Assembly: GCA_947632685.1 (NCBI GenBank)
Contig: CANRQD010000002.1
Coordinates: 1-41,360 of the forward strand
From: an uncultured Bacilli bacterium
Lineage (GTDB): Bacteria; Bacillota_I; Bacilli_A; RF39; UBA660
Length of the DNA stretch: 41,360 nt
Direction of reading: 5' to 3'
A program made the position numbers and the translations under genes. The notes under the pieces are model-generated. The model searched no databases. It saw only the letters and a list, made by a program, of their open reading frames with translations, and was not told the DNA's origin. Below are positions 1-8,600 of the stretch, one piece after another (position 1 is the stretch's first letter; every line of letters starts with the position of its first letter).

Positions 1-18
1 TCTATGCTAGATTGAGTG

Positions 19-108
19 CTATTTCTTTATACATAGAATCATTATAGAGACTATTAATAAAATGATAATTAGTATTAGAAATGAGATTAATAAATCTTTT
101 TTCTTCAT
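19..108 (-). CDS. Unannotated small ORF encoding a 29-aa hydrophobic peptide (MKKKDLLISFLILIIILLIVSIMILCIKK)
   Basis: The ATG at 108 is preceded by GGAGG (118-122, 9-nt spacing) and by a TTGTAT-17 nt-TGaTATAAT promoter. The TAG stop is at 19-21. The peptide has one hydrophobic helix with Lys-rich ends. It falls below the ORF-track length cutoff. Confidence 0.45.
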   Translation of the reverse strand: MKKKDLLISFLILIIILLIVSIMILCIKK

Positions 109-172
109 AATATCAAGCCTCCTTTCTAAAAGAAAGTTGGCAAGCACTCAACAATTAAGTTTCCCTATAAAA

Positions 173-201
173 ATTATATCAAACGTTTGTTCTTGATACA
201 A
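173..201 (-). promoter_or_regulatory. Sigma-A-type promoter with extended -10, driving the small ORF
   Basis: On the minus strand: TTGTAT (196-201), a 17-nt spacer, then TGaTATAAT (-10 hexamer 173-178). Confidence 0.5.
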
Positions 202-436
202 TATATTTTATAAGAAATTAAGACAATTTAGAAAACACAATTGCATATTGACAGCCAAATGTATCCGCCATAGGATAAATATGTATAAAAATATAATAAA
301 ATAAATAAATTAAAGAGAAATATAATATGATATAATAAATTAAAATGTAGGAAAATTTTATATGGCAAACTTGATAAAATAAAAAAAGAAATACCTAAGT
401 TTAGCTAGTTAGGCATTATTCATAAATATTTAGTTT

Positions 437-470
437 AGTACCGACTTAAACAGTTGGTACTATTTTTATT
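437..470 (+). terminator. Orphan rho-independent terminator-like hairpin on the plus strand
   Basis: Stem agtaccgac (437-445) pairs with gttggtact (453-461): 9 bp including one G-U pair. It is followed by atttttatt. There is no plus-strand ORF upstream of it. Confidence 0.45.
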
Positions 471-515
471 AGTATGATTAAAATCACAATAATATAGTAT
501 TTCTAAAATAAACTA

Positions 516-890
516 CTAATCTCTTTCTTTAAAAGATTTTATAATTTCACCAGTTTTTGCATTAATATAAAAATCATATTCATAACCATCATATTTAAAA
601 CCTATTTCATAAACATCTGTACCATATTTATAATCTAATTCATTATCTAAATCATAAATATTATCTTTATTAATATTTAAACTTTCTAATGCTATTTGTA
701 ATGCTTCATCACTTGATATATTACTATTACTATCTTTATTATCTAAATTATTATTTTCTGAAACAGAAGAATTATGATTTTCATTACGTTCTTCTAAATA
801 TTCACTCTTTGTATAAAAAACAGCACATAATACCAATAATATAACAATAACTATTGATAAAATAATAATAACTATATGATTTTTTTTCAT
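516..890 (-). CDS. Membrane-anchored PepSY-domain protein
   Basis: An N-terminal TM helix is followed by a C-terminal PepSY-like segment (SSDEALQIALESLNI...YEIGFKYDGYEYDFYINAKTGEII). I moved the start to ATG 890 (MKKNH...) because GAGG lies 8 nt upstream. The track start at 920 has no RBS. Confidence 0.7.
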   Translation of the reverse strand: MKKNHIVIIILSIVIVILLVLCAVFYTKSEYLEERNENHNSSVSENNNLDNKDSNSNISSDEALQIALESLNINKDNIYDLDNELDYKYGTDVYEIGFKYDGYEYDFYINAKTGEIIKSFKERD

Positions 891-953
891 TAATAAAACC
901 TCTTTCCTATTTCTATTCATATTATATAATATAAAGTTTAAAAAATAAATATA

Positions 954-1532
954 TTATTTACACATTTCAATAAATGTAGAAAACAATATGTTACTATAAA
1001 AATCATAATCAAGCATTCTTTCTGGATGCCATTGTACTCCTATTTGAAACTTATGATTTGAGTTCTCTACTACCTCTATTAAATTATCTTCACTTACACC
1101 TACAATTGAAAATATTTTAGATATTTTTGGTGTTTCATTATGATGACTATTTACGTGTATTACTGAATTTTTTATTATATGTTTTAACCTAGACTCTTTT
1201 AAATATACTTTATGAGCATACCCTTCCCTTTGATAATGATTATTAATTTTTTTTAAATGCTCATTTGAATCATATAAAGCCATCGATTGCATACCTTGAC
1301 AAATACCTAATAAAGGTAAATTATTATCAAGGGCATACTTTATTAAATAATCATCAAGTTCTCCTTTTTTATCACCACCTGTTATTAATATTCCACTACA
1401 TTTATAAATATCATCTATATTTTTATAATCAATTAATATTGGGTTACCTCCATATTTTTTTATAGCCTTTATATAGAAATTATTTTCAATGTCAGTATTT
1501 TCTTCTCTTTTTAAAACACAAATATTTTTCAT
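954..1532 (-). CDS. Class I glutamine amidotransferase-like / peptidase C26 (gamma-glutamyl hydrolase family)
   Basis: Nucleophile elbow LLGICQGMQ and GVQWHPE His/Glu motif. The size (192 aa) fits this family. Confidence 0.75.
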   Translation of the reverse strand: MKNICVLKREENTDIENNFYIKAIKKYGGNPILIDYKNIDDIYKCSGILITGGDKKGELDDYLIKYALDNNLPLLGICQGMQSMALYDSNEHLKKINNHYQREGYAHKVYLKESRLKHIIKNSVIHVNSHHNETPKISKIFSIVGVSEDNLIEVVENSNHKFQIGVQWHPERMLDYDFYSNILFSTFIEMCK

Positions 1533-1557
1533 AATAAATAAAAAAGAATAGATTTCT

Positions 1558-2781
1558 CTATCCTAATTTTCCTTTAACCCCTTTCAAACCTTTTAATCCA
1601 CCATTTGTAAATCCTTTTAAGATATTAGTATCGAATGTATAAGTTTTACTAAGTCTTCTTTTATAATCTTTTATTCCTATATTTATCATATCATCTAATA
1701 AATCACTATAATTAACACCTAATGGTTCCCATAAATAGTAAGCTAAACTTCCAGGAATAGAGTTTATTTCATTAATATATACTTTTTTTGCCTTTTCATC
1801 TATTAAGAAATCTATTCTACATGTTCCAGCTGAACCTATTGCTTTAAATGCTTTAGTAGCAATCTCTTCTATTTCTTTTTTCTGTTTATCTGGTATTTCT
1901 GCAGGTACTTTACGATTAGCTGATGCCATACCTTTAGATCCACCTTTTACAGGATATTTAACCCCACCTTTTAATTTTCCTTTATTACCTTGAATATATT
2001 TTTCATCATAAGTTAGAAATTTATTTCCAGATATTACTTCTTCAATTACACTTAATTTTTGATGTTCATAATTTCCAACTACACTAATATTAACTTCTTT
2101 TAAATCAGTAACTACTTCTTCTACTAAAATCTTATTATCATATGAAATAGCATTATCTATAGCATCTGTTAATTCTTTATCATTTTCAGCTACTTTTATT
2201 CCTATACTACTACCAGTAGTTGCAGGTTTAACAATAACTGGATATTTTAATTTTTTAATTTCTTTAATTACAGCTTCACTATCATTTTTATAATCACAAT
2301 CGTAAAACCATGTATATTTTGTCATTGGTAATTTTTCTTTTTCAAATATATCTTTCATAAATACTTTATCTTGCCCTGCAACTGATGCATATATATTACC
2401 ACCTACAAATGGCATACCAATTGCTTGCAAATAACCTTGTATAACTCCATCTTCTCCATTAGTACCATGCATAATTGGGAAGGCAATATCGATATCAGTT
2501 ATTATATTTTTTGGGAATTTTTTATTTTGAAGCACAAAAGACCCATCTTTTGCATATAAAATAACATTTTTACCATATTTTTTTATTAAGTTCATATCAG
2601 AATATATTTCAATATCTTTAAGCATATTTCCAGTATACCATTCTCTATCTTTAGTTATATAGATAGGGATAATTTCATATTTTTCTTGATCTAATTTATT
2701 TATAGCTTGTATAGCAGAAATAATACTAACTTCATGTTCTACTGTTTCTCCACCATAAATAACACCTACTTTAATTTTCAT
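1558..2781 (-). CDS. ddl: D-alanine--D-alanine ligase
   Basis: N-terminus KIKVGVIYGGETVEHEVSIISA and an ATP-grasp C-terminal half (CRIDFLID, NEINSIPG). AGGAG RBS. Shows ddl-murF synteny. Carries a Lys/Gly-rich insertion (GNKGKLKGGVKYPVKGGSKG, about nt 1905-1992) and a KG-rich C-terminal tail. Confidence 0.9.
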   Translation of the reverse strand: MKIKVGVIYGGETVEHEVSIISAIQAINKLDQEKYEIIPIYITKDREWYTGNMLKDIEIYSDMNLIKKYGKNVILYAKDGSFVLQNKKFPKNIITDIDIAFPIMHGTNGEDGVIQGYLQAIGMPFVGGNIYASVAGQDKVFMKDIFEKEKLPMTKYTWFYDCDYKNDSEAVIKEIKKLKYPVIVKPATTGSSIGIKVAENDKELTDAIDNAISYDNKILVEEVVTDLKEVNISVVGNYEHQKLSVIEEVISGNKFLTYDEKYIQGNKGKLKGGVKYPVKGGSKGMASANRKVPAEIPDKQKKEIEEIATKAFKAIGSAGTCRIDFLIDEKAKKVYINEINSIPGSLAYYLWEPLGVNYSDLLDDMINIGIKDYKRRLSKTYTFDTNILKGFTNGGLKGLKGVKGKLG

Positions 2782-2792
2782 TTAAACATCTC

Positions 2793-4403
2793 CTATTCAT
2801 TATATGTATCAGGTAAATCATTTTCAAATAATGCATATACATCTTTTTTACCTGTTAATGTATTTATAAATGTGTAAGCATCTCTTACATCATTATATAC
2901 TATTATATGTTTTTTATCGAAACCACTTTCAATTAAACCGTCATAAATTGGTTTTGTATGCTTTTCTCCAATTAAGACAGCATAATCTGCAACTTTAGCA
3001 ATTTGACGACCGAACTCCTTATTATATTCATCTTCTTTTTCAGCAAGTTCAATCATACCAGGTGTTACAACTACTTTAACACCAGGCATCATTCCAAGTA
3101 CAATAGTTGCATTCTCTGCTCCAACTGGATTAGAATTATAAGCATCATCTATCATATAAAAGTTACCTAATTTTTTAAGCTCTAATCTATGCTCAACAGC
3201 TTTTACAGATTTAACTGCCTGTTGTAAATCTTTAATAGAAATACCAAATTCATAGCCTAAAGCTAATGCTGATAAAATATTATATACATTATGATTTCCT
3301 AATAATTTAGTTTGAAATTCATAAGCTTTATTTTCATTTTTAAATTTAACCTTAAAAGTAGTTCCCTTACTACTACATTTTATATCAGTAGCACGTACAT
3401 CAACGTCTTTGTTATTTATACCTATCCAAATAGTTTTTACAGTATTCTTAAGTTTATAACTAACTTGTTTAGGATCATCACCATTAAGTATACCAATACC
3501 ATCTGAAGGAAGAGATTCTATAAGTTCAAATTTACCAGTTTGTATATTTTCTTCACTACCAAATGACTCTAAATGTGCAGTACCAATAGTTGTTAAAATA
3601 CCATATTTAGGATGAACTAAATTACAAAGTCCTTTTATTTCACCTTTTACGTAAGCACCCATTTCTGCTATAAAGATATCAGTAAACTTATCCATATTAT
3701 TATTTACTGTCATAATAAGTCCATTATATGTATTTAAATTTCTAGGTGTAGGTAGAGCATTATATTTAATATTTAAAATATCTGCTAAAATATTTTTACT
3801 ACTAGTTTTACCATAACTACCTGTAATACCAATTATTTTTAAATTAGGCATACTCTTTAACTTAGATTGAGCTTTATGTTTATAGTAATGATATACTCCT
3901 CTTTCATATGGATGATTAATTATATTAGCAAGAAAAACTATAAATTCATTTAAATATACCATAAAAGATAAAATAGTTATCATTAACCATAACATTTTAA
4001 TATTTTTATAATATAAAACACCGATAATTACAGGAATTAAATATAAAATAGTTGTTGTAATTATAAGTCTTTTAACTCTTTTAGTTACCACAAGTGGTTT
4101 TTTAGTTTGCTCAGTTTTAGCTTTAGCAGATAGTTTATAACTTTCATAGGCATAACAAGCTACTAAAGCAATTAAAAATCCTATTAACCCATCTTTTGAT
4201 TTACAAAATACTAGTAAAGATACTAATGAAAGAAATATTGCTAGTATTATTATATTAAGAAAGCTTTTGGAATTTTTAAATACCCATTTTAAATATCTGT
4301 TATTTTCATTATATAAATTTTGTTGTAACATATGTAGAGATTTTTTTGATTTTATAAATGTTGTAACTGTTATTACTAATAATAAAATTAAATACATAAT
4401 CAT
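2793..4403 (-). CDS. murF: UDP-MurNAc-tripeptide--D-Ala-D-Ala ligase (MurF) with an N-terminal polytopic membrane region
   Basis: Mur-ligase P-loop GITGSYGKTSSK, DDAYNSNP, and a C-terminal domain. GGAGG lies 8 nt upstream of ATG 4403. The first ~165 aa are hydrophobic helices rather than a normal MurF N-domain. Confidence 0.85.
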   Translation of the reverse strand: MIMYLILLLVITVTTFIKSKKSLHMLQQNLYNENNRYLKWVFKNSKSFLNIIILAIFLSLVSLLVFCKSKDGLIGFLIALVACYAYESYKLSAKAKTEQTKKPLVVTKRVKRLIITTTILYLIPVIIGVLYYKNIKMLWLMITILSFMVYLNEFIVFLANIINHPYERGVYHYYKHKAQSKLKSMPNLKIIGITGSYGKTSSKNILADILNIKYNALPTPRNLNTYNGLIMTVNNNMDKFTDIFIAEMGAYVKGEIKGLCNLVHPKYGILTTIGTAHLESFGSEENIQTGKFELIESLPSDGIGILNGDDPKQVSYKLKNTVKTIWIGINNKDVDVRATDIKCSSKGTTFKVKFKNENKAYEFQTKLLGNHNVYNILSALALGYEFGISIKDLQQAVKSVKAVEHRLELKKLGNFYMIDDAYNSNPVGAENATIVLGMMPGVKVVVTPGMIELAEKEDEYNKEFGRQIAKVADYAVLIGEKHTKPIYDGLIESGFDKKHIIVYNDVRDAYTFINTLTGKKDVYALFENDLPDTYNE

Positions 4404-4404
4404 A

Positions 4405-5136
4405 TTAATTACCTCCTTCTAAAAATGTATTAATTATATTTATTACTTGATATAGATTTTCCAAATAGGCATAATGACTACCTGGTAAAACTACTAACCC
4501 TGCATCAGGCATAATTTTTTCTAAATCTTTTGCTTCTTCTACTGGCTCTTCTGTATCATTATCACCCCAAATTAATAAAGTAGGTTTGGCTATTTTTTTA
4601 GCATATTCTGATAAATCTTCATTAACTGTATTAACAAGTATTTGTCTCATTATAGGACTAGCAGCTTTATAATCTCTTGATCCTATATATTTTTTCATTT
4701 TTTCTCCAATATTATCCATTCCTGGAAGTTGTTTCATTTTTTTCAAAATTCTAGTTTTTAATGGTAATTCTTGCTGTTTTCTAATACATGGACTACCAAA
4801 CAAAATCAGTTTTTCTATTTTATTATCAGCACTATATCTAATAGCAACTCTTCCTCCAAAAGAATGTCCCATAATTATTGGGCACTTTATCTTTAATTTT
4901 TTTATTATCTCTTCTAGCATTTCTTTATACTCATCTATGGTCCAAGCTGTTTTTGGTTCTTCACTTTTACCAAAACCAGGAAAATCTATAATCGTAATTT
5001 TATATTTATTACTTAAATTATCTCCAAGTGGTTTCATCATTTCAATATTTTGACCCCACCCATGAAGTAATATAATATCTTTTCCTTCACCATATTGTAT
5101 GTAATTGATATCAATATCTTTAATTTTAATTTTCAT
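4405..5136 (-). CDS. Alpha/beta-fold hydrolase (esterase-like)
   Basis: HGWGQN, the GHSFGG nucleophile elbow, and a C-terminal GSHY. 243 aa. Confidence 0.8.
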   Translation of the reverse strand: MKIKIKDIDINYIQYGEGKDIILLHGWGQNIEMMKPLGDNLSNKYKITIIDFPGFGKSEEPKTAWTIDEYKEMLEEIIKKLKIKCPIIMGHSFGGRVAIRYSADNKIEKLILFGSPCIRKQQELPLKTRILKKMKQLPGMDNIGEKMKKYIGSRDYKAASPIMRQILVNTVNEDLSEYAKKIAKPTLLIWGDNDTEEPVEEAKDLEKIMPDAGLVVLPGSHYAYLENLYQVINIINTFLEGGN

Positions 5137-5221
5137 GAAATCACCAACTAAAGTATATCATAATAAAATTTTAAATAATATAATTATAATTATAATATAC
5201 ATTAATTTACACTAAAATAAC

Positions 5222-5575
5222 TTATACTTTATTATCTTTATTATTTATTTTTTCTATAATATTATCAATATGCTCTCCATAAGAAATAGACTCATCATAT
5301 ATAAATTTTAATTCTGGTGTATGTCTTATTTCAATTCTTTCACTTAATTTTCCTCTTATGAAATGACTAGCTCCCTTTAAGGCTTCAATTGTCTTTTCTT
5401 TTCTTGCTTCATCTAAAACTGTAAAATATACTTTAGCATAACTCAAATCACTAGTAATATCCACTCCTGTTATTGTTACAAAAGATATATCTTCATCTTT
5501 TATCTCCCTCATCAATATATTACTAATTTCTTCCATAAATGTATGATTTAATCTCTCTATTTTAATATTTGCCAT
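5222..5575 (-). CDS. rbfA: Ribosome-binding factor A
   Basis: YAKVYFTVL and RHTPELKFIYDESI motifs, 117 aa. AGGAAGGA RBS. Confidence 0.9.
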   Translation of the reverse strand: MANIKIERLNHTFMEEISNILMREIKDEDISFVTITGVDITSDLSYAKVYFTVLDEARKEKTIEALKGASHFIRGKLSERIEIRHTPELKFIYDESISYGEHIDNIIEKINNKDNKV

Positions 5576-5597
5576 ATAACATCCTTCCTTTATAACA

Positions 5598-5606
5598 AGT
5601 ATATCA
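5598..5606 (-). promoter_or_regulatory. Candidate extended -10 promoter for rbfA
   Basis: The minus strand reads TGaTATACT about 20 nt upstream of the rbfA RBS. It is the only promoter-like element in the 89-bp divergent region on that strand. Confidence 0.4.
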
Positions 5607-5614
5607 AAAATATA

Positions 5615-5643
5615 TTTAAAAATAAATAAAATTGATGTATAAT
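5615..5643 (+). promoter_or_regulatory. Candidate promoter for the giant repeat gene
   Basis: TTTAAA (5615-5620), a 17-nt spacer, then TATAAT (5638-5643). The resulting leader before the SD would be very short. Confidence 0.3.
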
Positions 5644-5664
5644 AGCAACAAATGGAGGTTCATT

Positions 5665-8600
5665 ATGGAAACAAATAAAGAATTTAAAGAAAATGTAAAA
5701 AATAATGAAAAAAGAAAAAAATTTTTCATAGATAAATATAGAACTGATTTAAAACATTTAGATATTGTTTGTGATGATGCTACTATTGAAAAATTACTAT
5801 TAGAGGCTATAGAATCATTTAATGACATACCAATTACATTTTCGTCATATGGACTAAATTACTTAAAAGATAAATTAAAAACTTCAGAATCTAAATATAC
5901 TCCTAATAGTATATTTTCTGAAAATGAAATGGTAATATTAGAAAATTATCTAGAAAAAGATATAAATGGTAATTATTTAACCACAGAAGAAATTGCTAAA
6001 AAACTAAGTATAAATGTATTTGATGTAACACAAGCAGTATATAAATTACAAAATAAATTAAACTATCATAAAATTAAGAATATTTTTGGTGATTTTGAAA
6101 CTAAAATTATAGAAAGAAAGAGAAATATCAGAAAACAAGAAAAGCAAAATAATACTAAAAAAATAAAAGATATATCTGATAATGATATAGAAATTATAGG
6201 ATTATTTACAGGACAAATAAATGATATTTGTTTGGATATTGAAGAAATTGCCAATTTAAAAAACACTACTCCTAAAAAAATGCAAGAACAAATTATTAAT
6301 ATTTATGAACTATTAGAGGATAAAAAAAATTATGATAAATTACTTTTAAAATATCCGACTATTACTCAAATGTTAAGAATAAAAGGAACTGGATTAGGAT
6401 TAAGTTTTACAAATAAATTTAAGACAAATAGTTCTTCCAATAAAAAAACATTACATACTAACAATATTAGTAATAACGTTAAAATACTAAAATATTTTTA
6501 TCAACAACAACCTAATGGTACTTATTTATCTCCACAAGAAATTGCAAATTTATTAAATTATAATAATGTTAATGGTATATATTCAATAAAAAATAAAATT
6601 TTAAAAATGATAGATACTGATAACAAATATAAAGCTCAAATCTTAAAAGAATATCCTGAATTAGATAGTGATATGGAAATAAGAAATAATACTCATATTG
6701 TAAGACAAAGGAAAATTTCTAATGAAAAAATCAAAAAAGGTGCACAAATACTAAAATATTTTTATCAACCAAAACCAGATGGTACTTATTTATCTCCACA
6801 AGAAATTGCAGATTTATTAAATTGTAATAATATTAAAAGTATATATTCAATAAAAAGTGAAATTTTAAAAAAGATAGATACTAATAACGAATATAAGGTT
6901 CAAATCTTAAAAGAATATCCTGAATTAGATAGTGATATGGAAATAAGAAATAATACTCATATTGTAAGACAAAGGAAAATTTCTAATGAAAAAATCAAAA
7001 AAGATGCACAGATACTAAAATATTTTTATCAACCAAAGTTTGATGGCACTTATTTATCTTCAAATGAAATTGCCAAATTATTAAACTATACGAAAACTAA
7101 TGGTATATATTCAGTTAAAAATAGCATCTTAAAAAAAATAGATACTGATGACGAATATAAAGCTCAAATTTTAAAAGAATATCCTGAGTTAGATAATGAT
7201 ATGGAAATAAGAAATAATACTCACATTGTAAAACAAAAGAAAATTTCTAATGAAAAAATCAAAAAAGATACACAAATATTAAAATATTTTTATCAGCCAA
7301 AACCAGATGGTACTTATTTATCTCTACAAGAAATTGCCAAATTATTAAACTATACGAAAACTAACGGTATATATTCAGTTAAAAATAGAATCTTAAAAAA
7401 ATTAAATACTAATGACGAATATAAAGCTCAAATTTTACAAGAGTATCCTGAATTAAATAATGATATGGAAATAAGAAATAATACTCATATTGTAAAATCA
7501 AAAAAAAGTTCTAATGAAAAAATCAAAAAAGATGCACAATTACTTAAATATTTTTATCAACCAAAGCCAGATGGTACTTATTTTTCTACACATGAAATTG
7601 CAGATTTATTAAATTATAATAATATTAATAGTATATATTCAATGAAAAATAGAATCTTAAAAAGAATAAATGCTAATAATAAATATAAAAATCAAATTCT
7701 ACAAGAGTATCCTGAATTAGATAATGATATAGAAATAAGAAATAATACTCATATTGTAAAACAAAAGAAAATTTCTAATGAAAAAATCAAAAAAGATGCA
7801 CAATTACTTAAATATTTTTATCAACAACAACCTGATGGTACTTATTTTTCTACACAAAAAATTGCAGATTTAATAAATATAAGCACTCATAATATATATA
7901 CAATAAAAAAGAAAATCTTACAAAAAATAAATAATGATAATGAATATAAAGTTCAAATTTTACAAGAATACCCTGAATTAGATAATGATATGGAAATAAG
8001 AAATAATACTCATATTGTAAAATCAAAGAAAATTTCTAATAAAAAAATCAAAAAAGATGCACAATTACTAAAATACCTTTATCAACCTAATCCAGATGGT
8101 TCATATTTATCTACACATGAAATTGCAGATTTATTAAATTATAGTAATAATATTAATAATATATATACAGTGAAAAATAGAATCTTAAAAAAATTAAATA
8201 CTAATAACGAATATAAAACTCAAATCTTAAAAGAATATCCTGAATTAAATAATGATATGGAAATAAAAAATAATACTCCACAAAATAAAATTTCTAATGA
8301 AAAAATCAAAAAAGATGTACAATTACTAAAATATCTTTATCAACCAAAGCCAGATGGTTCATATTTATCCATACAAGAAATTGCAAATTTATTAAATTTA
8401 ACCGTAAATCATATATCTAAAACTAAAACCAAACTTTCAAAAGATTTAATTAATAATCAGGAATATAAAGTTCAAATTTTAAAAGAGTATCCTGAGTTAG
8501 ATAATGATATGGAAATAAGAAATAATACTCATATTGTAAGACCAAAGAAAATTTCTAATAAAAGAATTAAAAAAAATGTACAAATTCTTAAATACCTTTA

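Noticed and set aside
1265-3506. Plus-strand track ORFs 1265-1465 and 3312-3506.
   Set aside because: They lie entirely antisense within the amidotransferase and murF genes. They have no RBS, and their composition is low-complexity, typical of AT-rich antisense frames.
5632-5664. Track start (ATG 5632) for the giant ORF.
   Set aside because: It has no RBS and would overlap the -10 element. ATG 5665 has GGAGG 6 nt upstream.
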